A stretch of 63,924 nt of DNA, filler included, from Octopus bimaculoides (Eukaryota), in the NCBI RefSeq assembly GCF_001194135.2. It is 8 parts of 7 records of this genome, joined end to end, with 100 filler letters (N's around TTAATTAATTAA, not from the genome) between each part and the next. Parts side by side here need not be neighbours in the genome. Positions count along the whole stretch, not along the records: positions 23,256 to 28,880 come from NC_068989.1; positions 28,981 to 35,319 come from NC_069008.1; positions 35,420 to 54,406 come from NC_068993.1; 5 more parts are not named here. One strand, written 5' to 3'. The translations under genes and the position numbers were made by a program. Below, piece by piece: positions 26,961 through 38,730 of this stretch. The notes beneath the pieces are model-generated. The model was given only the letters and a program-made list of their open reading frames with translations. It was not told where the DNA came from and made no database searches. Every line of letters begins with the position of its first letter. Position 1 is the first letter of the stretch.

Positions 26961-27266
26961 TTATGATTGACTTTTGCTTTGCATTTGTACAAGTTGGATC
27001 CAAGTCTCACCCAGAGACCTGAAGAGACAACAAGTCAGAAGTTCATGTAGCTGTTATGCCTAGGGTATCATATATTTGGATTTGTACATAGTGTTGTTCT
27101 AAAGAATGCTTAAGAAACCATAAGAAAATTATGTGGTTGTTTTAAAATTTGAGATCACAGTGACAGTATTTTACGTAGAATATGGGCAGTTCCCATGAGC
27201 CCTATCTTTTGAACTTCAGCCATTTTGGGGTTTCCTGGTATCTGAGCTAGGTAGTAATCAGCCCTA
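26961..27266 (-). mobile_element. R4/Dong-clade LINE 3' end embedded in (TAA)n
   Basis: YLAQIPGNPKMAEVQKIGLMGTAHILRKILSL* plus about 200 nt of 3' UTR, with (TAA)n on both sides. Confidence 0.85.
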
Positions 27267-27300
27267 TTATTATTATTATTATTACTATTTTTATTATTAC

Positions 27301-27364
<64 letters not shown>

Positions 27365-27595
27365 GAAAGGCAGCATAACATTAAATAAAATATTTATTAT
27401 CATGTATTATAAATAACAATTATCTTTCATTGCAAATTTTTCATCGCAACCAAATTATATTTACTGAATGTTAATCATCGCAAGCCTATAATTACCGGAA
27501 AATAGAATTAATGAAATAATCACATTTATCCTTACGGACCTGCTACTTTTCCTGCTTGATATAACATGTGTATAGACTAGGACGGTCTTTTGTGG

Positions 27596-27659
<64 letters not shown>

Positions 27660-28023
27660 TGTTGCTGCTGCTGCTGCTGTTGTTGTTGTTGTTGTCGTCG
27701 TCGTTGTTGTTGTTGTTGTTGTTGTTGTTGATGATGATGATGATGATGATGATGATACTGCTGCTGTTTTTGTTGCTCTTGTAGCAGTTGTTCTTTTGCT
27801 GTTGATGATGATGATGATGATGATGATGGCGATGACGACGACATCGACTGCGAAAGTGATGATGTTCTTGTATGTTATTGCGTGATATGTAGAGACGTAT
27901 TTGCAATGGAACAAAGCATGTAGCCGATATTAAACAAACATAACTTCGTTTCAATTGTTCAGAGACAAACATAATAATATCAATAACAACCACGATGACA
28001 GTAACAGCAACAATACGAATACT

Positions 28024-28090
<67 letters not shown>
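27267..28090. repeat. Cluster of trinucleotide microsatellites (TAT, GTT, GCT, GAT, AAT)
   Basis: Direct reading. Confidence 0.95.
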
Positions 28091-28094
<4 letters not shown>

Positions 28095-28503
28095 TAGTAA
28101 TAGCCACCAGATTTTAGATTAATAATATTCCGAAGTGAACTCTGCAGTTTGAGAAGCCATATCAGGAAATGCTATTGACGTTAGGTAGAAGGCTTAGATT
28201 ACATGTCAATTTCAATTGTCTCTAATAAAATCAAAATGATAAACTGATTAAATAAATTTAATAATCAATATAACATGACGAATTGTGTGTGATATATTTA
28301 GATAGGGATTTCAATGAGCCTCTGATTCCTTTTTATATTTGTGACTATCCTCAATTTGCTCAATGTTTGTTATTAGATTATGCTCGAATTTATATATATA
28401 TATATACATGTATGTATGTGTGTGTGTGTGTGTATGCCTATGTATCCTTTAGTNNNNNNNNNNATATATATATACATATATATACATATATATGTATATC
28501 ATT

Positions 28504-28534
<31 letters not shown>

Positions 28535-28840
28535 CTATATAAACGTACGTATATACATATATATATATACACACATAATATATACATTATATATAAGTAC
28601 ATGTGTATATATGAATATATTGTACATATATATATGTGTGGGTGTGTGTTTATGTGTCTGTATGTGTGTGTGAGCGTTTGTGTGTGTGAAGAGAAAGTTT
28701 TTCGACCAGCGTTAACATGCTCTCATACGTGTTAAGCAGAGACCAACACATGCGCATACAGATATACACATAAACATATAAAATATATATACATATATGC
28801 ATATGCATATTATACATGTGTATACGTATATGTATATATG

Positions 28841-28880
<40 letters not shown>

Positions 28881-28980
28881 NNNNNNNNNNNNNNNNNNNN
28901 NNNNNNNNNNNNNNNNNNNNNNNNTTAATTAATTAANNNNNNNNNNNNNNNNNNNNNNNNNNNNNNNNNNNNNNNNNNNN

Positions 28981-29476
28981 GGAACGAACGTAGGAAGGAA
29001 AGAACAACGTCGGAAGGAACGTAGGAACGAACGAACAGACGTAGGAAGGAAAGAACGAACGTTGGAAGGAAAGAACGAACGTAGGAAGGAAAGAACGATC
29101 GTAGGAACGAACGAATGAATGGAGGAAGGAAAGAACGAACGTAGGAATGAAAGAACGAACGTAGGAAGGTAAGAACGAACGTAGGAAGGAAAAGAACGAA
29201 CGTAGGAAGGAAAAAACGAACGTAGGAAGGAAAGAACGAACGTAGGAACGAAAGAACGAACGTAGGAACGAACGAACGAACGTAGGAAGGAAAGAACGAA
29301 CGTAGGAAGGAACGAACGAACGTAGGAAGGAAAGAATGAACGTAGGAACGCACGAATGAACGTATGAAGGAAAGAAAGAACGTTGGAAGGAAGGAAAGAA
29401 CGAAAGTAGGAAGGAAAGAACGAAATTAGGAAGGAAAGAACGAACGTAGGAACGAACGAATGAACGTAGGAAGGAA
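28981..29476. repeat. Minisatellite, unit about 20 bp, AACGAACGTAGGAAGGAAAG
   Basis: Direct reading; bounded by gaps. Confidence 0.95.
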
Positions 29477-29607
29477 NNNNNNNNNNNNNNNNNNNNNNNN
29501 NNNNNNNNNNNNNNNNNNNNNNNNNNNNNNNNNNNNNNNNNNNNNNNNNNNNNNNNNNNNNNNNNNNNNNNNNNNNGTATGTGTGTATATATGTTTGTGT
29601 GTGTGTG

Positions 29608-29790
29608 TTTGTCCCCCGTTTAACAACTGATGCTGGTGTGTTTATGTCCCCGTCACTTGGCGGTTTGGCAAAAGAGAACCAATAGAATAAGTATTAGACT
29701 TACAAAGAATAAGTCCTGCGGTTGATTTGCTCGACTAAAGGCAGTGCTCCAGCATGGCCACAGTCAAATGGCTGAAACAAGTAAAAGAGA
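29608..29790 (+). mobile_element. SINE family C
   Basis: Matches 47975-48168 and the reverse complement of 11655-11830. Confidence 0.65.
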
Positions 29791-29849
29791 GTATATATAT
29801 ATATATATATATACACATACATATATAGTCAACAAGAAAGACCTTTATA

Positions 29850-30085
29850 CAGGGTTGGCCAAAAGTCACCCAACCGTAAATCAAAACTCCATAACTACTT
29901 ATCTCTAATTCTCTATTGACTCCAATGGAAAAATGGTGTCGCTCAAGAAGGACTTCAGTTTGAACAATCTTCATGATGTTCCATATTCAGTTGCTTTTAT
30001 TAAATTCATTCAGTTGTTAAACATAAATAAATCTTGGAGTTAAATGGTTTTTGATTTACTGTCAGGTGACTTTTGGCCAACCCTG
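29850..30085. mobile_element. Tc1/mariner MITE
   Basis: Perfect 21-bp TIR CAGGGTTGGCCAAAAGTCACC, preceded by TA. A related solo terminus lies at 54160. Confidence 0.85.
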
Positions 30086-30529
30086 AATATGTACATAATA
30101 CACACACACACNNNNNNNNNNNNNNNNNNNNNNNNNNNNNNNNNNNNNNNNNNNNNNNNNNNNNNNNNNNNNNNNNNNNNNNNNNNNNNNNNNNNNNNNN
30201 NNNNNNNNNNNNNNNNNNNNNNNNNNNNNNNNNNNNNNNNNNNNNNNNNNNNNNNNNNNNNNNNNNNNNNNNNNNNNNNNNNNNNNNNNNNNNNNNNNNN
30301 NNNNNNNNNNNNNNNNNNNNNNNNNNNNNNNNNNNNNNNNNNNNNNNNNNNNNNNNNNNNNNNNNNNNNNNNNNNNNNNNNNNNNNNNNNNNNNNNNNNN
30401 NNNNNNNNNNNNNNNNNNNNNNNNNNNNNNNNNNNNNNNNNNNNNNNNNNNNNNNNNNNNNNGAAGGGTGGGGTGGGGGTGGGGGCAAAGGAAACTGGAA
30501 TTTTGCAATATTTTATTCACTTAGTTTTT

Positions 30530-30870
30530 TTTTTACTTGTTTACTCTTTTGTCACTTTCAATATCTTCTTCATTTGAAGCAATGCATCATTCCAGATGTT
30601 TTTTTTTCCCAATGTGATACCTTTTAATGCTTTCATCGTTTTTTGTTTTTTTTGTTTTCCTTCACCTCTTCCACATCTGCAAATTCCATAGCACCAGCTT
30701 TCGTCTGCAGTGATGCCCTTCGAAAAGAGGTCTAGATCAATTTCCAACTGTTCTGTCAGGGGAGAAGCACTGCAAAATAAAGACACACCATGTAGCAGCA
30801 TGACCACACTCAACTGATGCCTGAAGGTTGCATCAAGTGGCTTCTAGTGGCGGAAGCCTAGACTACAATG
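30530..30870 (-). pseudogene. Mariner transposase remnant with internal deletion
   Basis: DLFSKGITADESWCYG joined to FADVEEVK...KALKGIT...CIASNEEDIESD. Confidence 0.75.
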
Positions 30871-30921
30871 GATTTGTCCTGCAGAGAATGTTTCCAGTTA
30901 CTTTTGGGTACCTCCTTGTAA

Positions 30922-31137
30922 GGCAGCGAGCTGGCAGAATCGTTAGCACCCCGGGTGAAATGCTTAGCGGTATTTCGTCTGCCACTACATTCTGAGTTCA
31001 AATTCCACCTAGGTCAACTTTGCCTTTCATACTTTCGGGGTTGATTAAATAAGTACCAGTTACGCACTGGAGCTGATGTAATCGACTTAATCCTTTTGTC
31101 TGTCCCCTCTATGTTTAGCCCCTTGTGGGCAATAAAG

Positions 31138-31140
<3 letters not shown>
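30922..31140 (+). mobile_element. tRNA-derived SINE family B
   Basis: GGCAGCGAGCTGGCAGAATCGTTAG (A box) and GAGTTCAAATTCC (B box); multiple copies in the window. Confidence 0.8.
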
Positions 31141-31179
<39 letters not shown>

Positions 31180-33201
31180 TAGTACCTCAGTTTTTGAACA
31201 GCTCTGATAATGAATAAATCGTACTTTATTTCCTGTTTTTCTCATATTCATTTAATACAGTAGTACCTTGGTTTACAAGTGCCTCTGACCATGAATAGAT
31301 CATGCTTTATTTATATCTGCAAAAATTCAACTTATACAGTTTATATACATTAAATACAGGGTGTATTCTGTCACACAAGTTGGTGTATGTAGTGTAAATA
31401 TTCAAACATTGTTACTATCTTTCTGAATCTGTTGCATTTCACATGGAATTTTTGGTCCCAATTTGACCTACTTATTTTGGTCTGCAAGAATTCAGCCAAA
31501 AAATATGGTTATATACACTGCATTTTCTGTCATAACAAGCCAATGTATATAGTGTAAATATGTATTGTTAACAAACTGTCTTTTCAAATTCTACTTCATT
31601 TCACATGAAACTTTTGGTCCTCCAAAGTCGTCTGTTGACTAACTTTTTTTTCGCATTTATGGCTGTAAAGTTTGGTTTAAAGAATTTGACTCGTGTGCCA
31701 GAAAACAGCCATGAAAATAAAGAACGACCAGACCAAGACAAAGAGACAGGTAGATAACATATTTTTGCAGCATACAGGTTGATGTGGTGTTTAGTGTGTA
31801 TATGTAATGCAAGCACTGTCACTGTCTTTCCAAATCCTGAGGCATTTCACATGGAAGTTTTGGTCTTCCAAAGTAGTTTTGGTGCACAAGTTGACCCACC
31901 TTTATTTTGGCAGTAAAGTTTGACTTGTATACCAAAAAGTACAATTTCTATTTATCTGTTTCTCTCTCTCTCTCTCACCCATCTTTCTATCTACCATATT
32001 TTCCAACACACAAATCAGTGTAGTATATAGAATAACCATTCAAAGCATCATTACTATCCTTCCAAATCTTGCAGTATTTCACATGTAACTTATTCTCCTC
32101 CAAAATAGTTTCAGTGTATAAGTCAGTCTGCCTATCTACCTTATTTTTCAGCATAAAAGTCAATGCACTCTATAGAGCAAACATTTAAACATCATCACCA
32201 TCTTTCTAAATCCTTCAGCATTTCACATGGAAATTTTTGTTCTCCAAAGTCATTTATTTCTATGTCTGTCTAACTACCTTATTTTTCAGCAAAAAGTCAA
32301 TGCATTCTATAGTGTATACATGTAGTGTAAGCATTGTCATTAACTTTCCGATTCCTGCTGCACTTCACACGAAAGATTTGGTTCACCAAAGTCATTTACA
32401 TGTATTAAGTCAATCTGTTTTGGCTAAAAAAAATTTGACTTGTAAACCAGAAAATATGGTGTCTATTTCTTTGTCTGTCCACCTTATTTTTCAGCATACA
32501 AGCCCAATGTAATGTATAGTGTAAACATCATTACTATCTTTCTAAAACCTGCAACATTTCACATGGAATTTTTGGACCTCCAATGTCGTCTTGGTGTATA
32601 ATTCGACCTATCTTATTTGGCTGTAAATTATGGCCTGAAAAATTTGACTTGTATGCCAGAAAATACAGCATTTATGTCTCTCTTTCTCCATCTTTCCGTC
32701 TGCCTATCTACCTTATCTTTCAGCATGCAAGCCAACATAATGTATAGTGTAGACATTCAAACACCATTACCATATTTTCAAAATCTGCTGCTTTTCATTT
32801 GGAATTTTTGGTCCTCCAAAGTCACCTTGGTGTATAAGTCGACTTACCTTTTGTTGGGTGTAGATTTTGGTTTGAAAAATTCCAACTTGTATACCAGAAA
32901 ATCCAGTATCAATCTATTTATCTGTCTATCTATCATGTTTTTTGGCATACAAATCAACATAGTATATAGTGTAAACATTGAAACACTGTCATGATCTTTC
33001 TAAATACTTCTGCATTTCACATGGAATTTTTGATCCCCCCAAAGTCATCTTGGTGTATAAGTTAACCTCCTGTTTTTTTTTTTTTTTTTTGCTGTAAATT
33101 TTTGCTAGAGAATTTGACTTGTGTATCACAAAACAGACAAGAAGATGAAGAGAACAAGACAGAGATGTAACAGACTTTTGCAGTACACAGGTTGATGTAT
33201 A

Positions 33202-33414
33202 CAATGGGGTGCTGAAAAATTCTTGGTTTTGGGTGAAAGAAAATACAGGAGGATCAGTTAATTATCGTTTTATTCAACATATCCATCTTTCAGATTCACA
33301 CATTGAAGCTTTCTTTCAGTTTTTTAAAGTCCTGTAAAAGAACTTGGAAGATTGGGCCTCCAACCAAGCCTTTCGTGATACCCTTCAAGTCAGGAACTTT
33401 GCAGCACCTCCTCA
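33202..33414. mobile_element. Mariner-type MITE, copy 1
   Basis: TA-flanked; GGGGTGCTGAAAAATTCTTG and CAGGAACTTTGCAGCACCTC termini. Confidence 0.7.
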
Positions 33415-33461
33415 TATGTGTATATATATATATACATGTATATATATATACACACACACAC

Positions 33462-33510
<49 letters not shown>

Positions 33511-33591
33511 CATATACATACATACATACACATATGTGTATATATATTTATATACATACATATATACATACACATGTGTGTATATATCACA

Positions 33592-33795
33592 CAATGGTGT
33601 CCTGAAAAGTTCCTGGCTTTGGGTAAAAGAAAGTACAGGAGTAATTATGATTATATCAAACATATTCTCCTCTCAGATTCACACTTATTGCAGCGGGCCT
33701 TCAGCTTTTCTAAGCCCTGTAAAAGAACTTGAAAGACTGGACCTCCAACCAGACCTTTTGCAATTCTGTTAAAGCTGGGAACTTTGCAGCACTCC
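33592..33795. mobile_element. Mariner-type MITE, copy 2
   Basis: Direct-repeat copy of 33202-33414, separated from it by (TA)n. Confidence 0.7.
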
Positions 33796-35200
33796 TATGT
33801 ATGTATGTATGTATGTGTAATGCAAACATTCAAACATTGCCATCATCTTTCCAAATCCTGCTGCATTTTACCTGTTTTTTTTTTTGATCCTCCAAAGTCG
33901 TATGGGTGCAGGAGTCGACTTACCTTTTTCGGCTGTAGATTTTGCTCTTCAAAAATGCTACTNNNNNNNNNNAAAAAAAAAAAAAAAAAAAACAATGCCA
34001 TGCACAAACAATTATACACATGTATATACACATACAGATATTTATGTGTATACATACACTGGTATATTAAATATATATATATCTTTTAGGGCTTTTTTTC
34101 AAATTTTATTTTTAATATTTTTTTCATAGTTTAGCATTATATATAAAAAGCAAATTTATAATATATTTATTTGTGTGTTTATATATATGTATGTGGGTGT
34201 GTGTGCGCATGTAAGTCCATCTGTCTATAAGTTCATGCATGGTTAGATGTATAGCATGTAATGTGTGTGCATGCATGCATGTATATATATATATATATAT
34301 GCAAGCATCTTTGTGCAAACAAGCCCATGGCTATATATATATATGCATATATACACACAGGCACGTGTATATATAAATGTATATATGTTTGAGTGTGTAT
34401 ATTTGTATAGTGTATATGTGCGTACATAGTGTATAAGTATGTTTTAACAGGATATATGTGTACATGTGTAGACAGTTTGTGTATGCAAGTAAGAACGTAC
34501 TTCCATGTGTGTATGTGTATGTGTGTGCAGGTGTATTCATGCATGCGTCTATGTTGCATCTGGTTTTGCATCTTCCAAAAAAACGCAATTCAATAAAATT
34601 TCTCTTTTTTTTTAAATCATTTTTTTTGCTTTTTTTTTTAATTACCATTATCCTCCTTTTAATGACCACCAGGCACCGTCGTCATTTTCATCTCCATTTC
34701 ATTATTTGTTCCTTATTGACATGCATGTATTATATATGTATGTATAAATATATATATATATATATATGCATGTATGTGTGTGTGTATATATATAAATATA
34801 TATATGCGTGTGTATATATATATATATATATATATNNNNNNNNNNNNNNNNNNNNNNNNNNNNNNNNNNNNNNNNNNNNNNNNNNNNNNNNNNNNNNNNN
34901 NNNNNNNNNNNNNNNNNNNNNNNNNNNNNNNNNNNNNNNNNNNGTGTATATATATATATATATATATATATGCGTGTATATATATATATATACACACACA
35001 CACATATATGTGCGTATATGAGTGTGTGTATATATATATATGTAAGTCTGTATATAAATACAAATGTATGAATGTAAATATATATATATATAGACACACA
35101 CACATATGTGTGCAAACTTAAATACAAAGATTTATATATATATACTTACACAAACATATACATACAGCTTTAAATCCATAAACACACATATATACTTATA

Positions 35201-35235
<35 letters not shown>

Positions 35236-35544
35236 TACATATTTATTTTTCATTCCATCATCATCATTAATAACATAACGTTTACCTTATTTTTTCTTTT
35301 TTTTTTTATTTTTTCTAGGNNNNNNNNNNNNNNNNNNNNNNNNNNNNNNNNNNNNNNNNNNNNTTAATTAATTAANNNNNNNNNNNNNNNNNNNNNNNNN
35401 NNNNNNNNNNNNNNNNNNNAACATTTGAAGTTCTTAGCTTTTTGAAAGCAGGAAGGTGATGGGTGGGTGAGGTGGGGAAGGGGCATTAAGCATTTCTTTA
35501 AGAAAAATTAAAATTTAAAAGATAAAAATTCCCCAGATTTGTAA

Positions 35545-35745
35545 TCTCTGTATTTTTCTACAGTGACCTGAATTATAATAATAACATTGAAAAATACCTT
35601 AGGAATGAGAACCCAGGTTCGAAATTTCCCCAAGACACCTGATGAAGGCTGGAGGGTATATCAGCCGAAACGTCGTGTTAACAACAAACAAGATAAGGAC
35701 AAATATCTGTCAAGTGTAAATAATGTAAATAATGTATTCCATCTC
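35545..35745 (+). mobile_element. HHR-containing SINE with degraded head
   Basis: GTGACCTGAATTATAATAATAACA-TTGAAAAATACCTTAGGAATGAGAACC...HHR...AAATATCTGTCAAGTGTAAATAATG; same family as 55597-56359. Confidence 0.8.
35634..35679 (+). ncRNA. Minimal type I hammerhead ribozyme
   Basis: GACAC-CTGATGA-A-GGCTG(GAGGGTATAT)CAGCC-GAA-ACGT-C-GTGTT: intact core, 5-bp stems I and II, palindromic ACGU, predicted cleavage after C35674. Confidence 0.8.
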
Positions 35746-35752
35746 AATCACA

Positions 35753-36562
35753 GATTTTTAAAATTAATTTTTTTAACTAAACAGTTTGAAACTTCAAATA
35801 CTGGTAGAATTTCTCATGTAGAACATTGTTTACACTGAACGTTTTTGATAAAATTTCGTATTTTAGCAGTTATTTCATGTTAAAGTTGTCATATTTGAGT
35901 AATTTCAACCAATCAATGATGTGTATTCAGTTGAAGAAAAAAGCTAGCTGCAGACTCGTTGCTCTATAGGTCTTTGAATAGAGTGGTGACATTTAGTAGA
36001 AATGACCCAGAAGTAGTTCCTCTTCGATTACTATCGTAAACAGGAGTAGCTTTCTTCAACCGAATACACATCATTGATTGGTTGAAATTACCCAAATACA
36101 ACAACTTTAACACAAACTAACTTTTAGAATACGAAATTTTGTCAAAAACGTTCAGAGTAAACCATGTTCCACATGAAAAATTCTACCAGTATTTGAAGTT
36201 TCAAACTTTATTCTTTATTTGCCCTTTCAAAGCCTAGCCAAGCTCATGGGCCTGGTTTCCCAGTTTCTATGGCGTATGTGTTTCCCCCAGCTGGACAGCA
36301 TGCCAATCCCTTGCAGCATTACTCAAGAAACAGGAAGAAAGAGTGAGAGAAAATTGGGGTGAAAGAGTACAACAGGGGTCACCACCACCCCCTGCCGGAG
36401 CCTCGTGGAGCTTTAGGTGTTTTCGCTCAATAAACACACACAATGCCCAGTCTGGGAATCAAAACCGCAATCCTCCGACCGTGAGTCCGCTGCCCTAACC
36501 ACTGGGCCATTGCGCCTCCAAAAGTTTCAAACTGTTTAGTTAAAAAAAATTAATTAAAAATC
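35753..36562. mobile_element. Fold-back MITE with TIRs of about 190 bp, interrupted by a SINE
   Basis: 35753-35945 is the reverse complement of 36050-36207 plus 36534-36562. Confidence 0.85.
36208..36521 (-). mobile_element. Apparently full-length tRNA-derived SINE with 12-bp TSD
   Basis: Head GGAGGCGCAATGGCCCAGTGGTTAGG, A-rich tail, TSD AAGTTTCAAACT at 36196-36207 and 36522-36533. Confidence 0.9.
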
Positions 36563-38339
36563 TTAATGGAAAATACATTTTAATTACAATTAAGGGCAAA
36601 TTATTATTAACATTAATAAGAATTTCCTCCATTGACATAAGGACCAAAACAAAGGAATGTCTAAAGAGAATGGTTGCAACCATTAAATTAACTGTAGAAT
36701 ATGCTGGCTATTAATTTTGTTGACCATGAAATGATGGCACCTTAGGGATTTGAACTAAAAGTTGCAAATGGACATAATTAAAAATGTTAATGTACATATA
36801 GTTCTTTATGAATTCTTCTAATCCACTGCTTTATAAATGACTCATCAGTCAATAATATATGCACACATTCTACTTTGATAGAAGAAGCACAATAGACCAT
36901 TGGTAGTATAATGATTGACGCAACATAGAATATAATTTTTAGAGTATCTTGTACATGCTATTACAGCAATCTACATTTATTACAGCAATCTTATTATTTC
37001 TCATCTGCAACTATCTCAATAGTGACTAGTAGCACTGGAATGCTTTTTTTCATCACAGCAGTAACTCATTTAAACATAAATGAGAGAGAGAGAGAGTGAG
37101 ATATAGAAGGAAAGTTTATAACAAGATTGATCGTTTGTGTTTTGTAAATGGAAGGGTTAAATGAATCCAGCTCTATTGTTCAAATGAAGTGTAGTTATTT
37201 ATTATTCAATCGTAAAAAATGTGAAACCTAGAACAAAATAAGCAATAATGTAAAGGAAAGAGAAAAAAACACTATAGCAACAAGTAACTAAGCAGAGTGA
37301 ATATACTCCAGCTTATATCCGGGTTGTACCAGGGTAGCATTTGTAATTGGTAAACCGCTGACAAATGAAATAACGTTTTTTTATTTTTTCACCCTAATAA
37401 CTAGCAGCTGCCAGACATCAGTAATGGAGGTGACAGCAGTATTGGGGTCACTGTCAGCATCATCATCATCATCATTTTTATTTTTACATCCATTTTACAC
37501 ATGCTAGATAGGGTTAGATGACACTTCTTGAGGCAGTATTCTGCATTAAGATTATCCTCCATGAATGATATGTGAGACAAAGAAATTCACAGAGTAAAAC
37601 AAACATTAATAAACAAGTATTCTAACAAACTAATAAATCAAGCCATAGGGCACAAAATCACAAATACAATACACCAAATATACCAGACATCATTCATAAA
37701 CACTGTGTAAAATGATTTTTGTCCTTGAGTAGCAACTGTTATTCCTTATTTGCTTACCCCTACAAAGTATGAAAAATGGCTAATATTTCCTTCAGATTTT
37801 GCTTTTGTTACATTTACTCGAACCCTAAAGAATCCCTCTGAACACATGGTTATGATGCTCCCCCACTACTCCTGCTCGTAATCAGAGGTGCACATATTGT
37901 CAGTCACTAAAGGACATGATCAAGTTGTTAAGGTCAAACAACTGACGAGCAAATCTGTGGTTTTGAGCAGAATATTTGCTATCATGATATTTCTGCTTCA
38001 GCAACTCAGCACTGAATGTGTCTGAAATGTAATGGAAAATAGATCAGTTTCAAAACACTGATGTCCAAGTTGCAAAAGCAAATTTTGAAGGGAATAGTAA
38101 TAACACTGACCAAAGACAGAGAAAAAAAAAAAAAATTTTTTTTTTAAATTTTGTCACACAGTGTAATTCATAAACCACACATAACATCATTTCATGTCTG
38201 CTTTCTATGCTAGTTTAGCTTGGATTGTTTGTCAGTGTCCGAGTTGGTTCTTATTTGTATCATGTCTTGCTCATACATACTATATTTTAGCACGGTTTTT
38301 GAAACTAGATATCATGCCTAATGCCAACTGCATTACAGC

Positions 38340-38730
38340 ATATAGTGTGTGCTGAATGCTGAAGACATGTGAAGACTAGAAAGGAATGAAACTAGTATGC
38401 TCTGTTGGATGTGCAACATCAGTGTACATGTATGACAAAGTGCAAATATGTTTAAAGAAAAATTAGTCATAAGAGGAATCAGATGTGGTATGCAAGAAAG
38501 AAGACTGCACTGGATGAGTGATGTGATACATATAGATGGGGACAGCAGTATAAAGAAGTGCCAATTGCTTAAAGAGGATGGAACTTGTGGAAACGAGAGA
38601 CCTAGAAAAACACAGGATGAAGTAAAGGCTGATCTGAAATGCTGAGCTTCATAGTGGCAATGGCAAAGGACAAAATGACTGGCAGTTTGCTTTGCTCATG
38701 AAGACTGATCTGTCATGGTAAAACTGAAGT
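38340..38730 (+). mobile_element. RTE LINE, 3' fragment
   Basis: LERNETSMLCWMCNISV...GIRCGMQERRLHW...RPRKT.DEVKADLK. Confidence 0.75.

Larger units (their letters stand above)
31390..33960. repeat. Degenerate tandem array, 10 units of 140-250 bp
   Basis: Anchor TTTCACATGGAA-like at about 31438, 31599, 31845, 32077, 32221, 32362, 32557, 32792, 33015 and 33865. Confidence 0.85.

Noticed and set aside
27461-28107. PolyQ/polyH/polyT ORFs
   Set aside because: Pure compound trinucleotide repeat with no unique coding flanks or splice signals.
28981-33960. CRISPR-like arrays
   Set aside because: Eukaryotic context; units are degenerate tandem repeats with no constant repeat and unique spacer pattern, and there are no cas genes.
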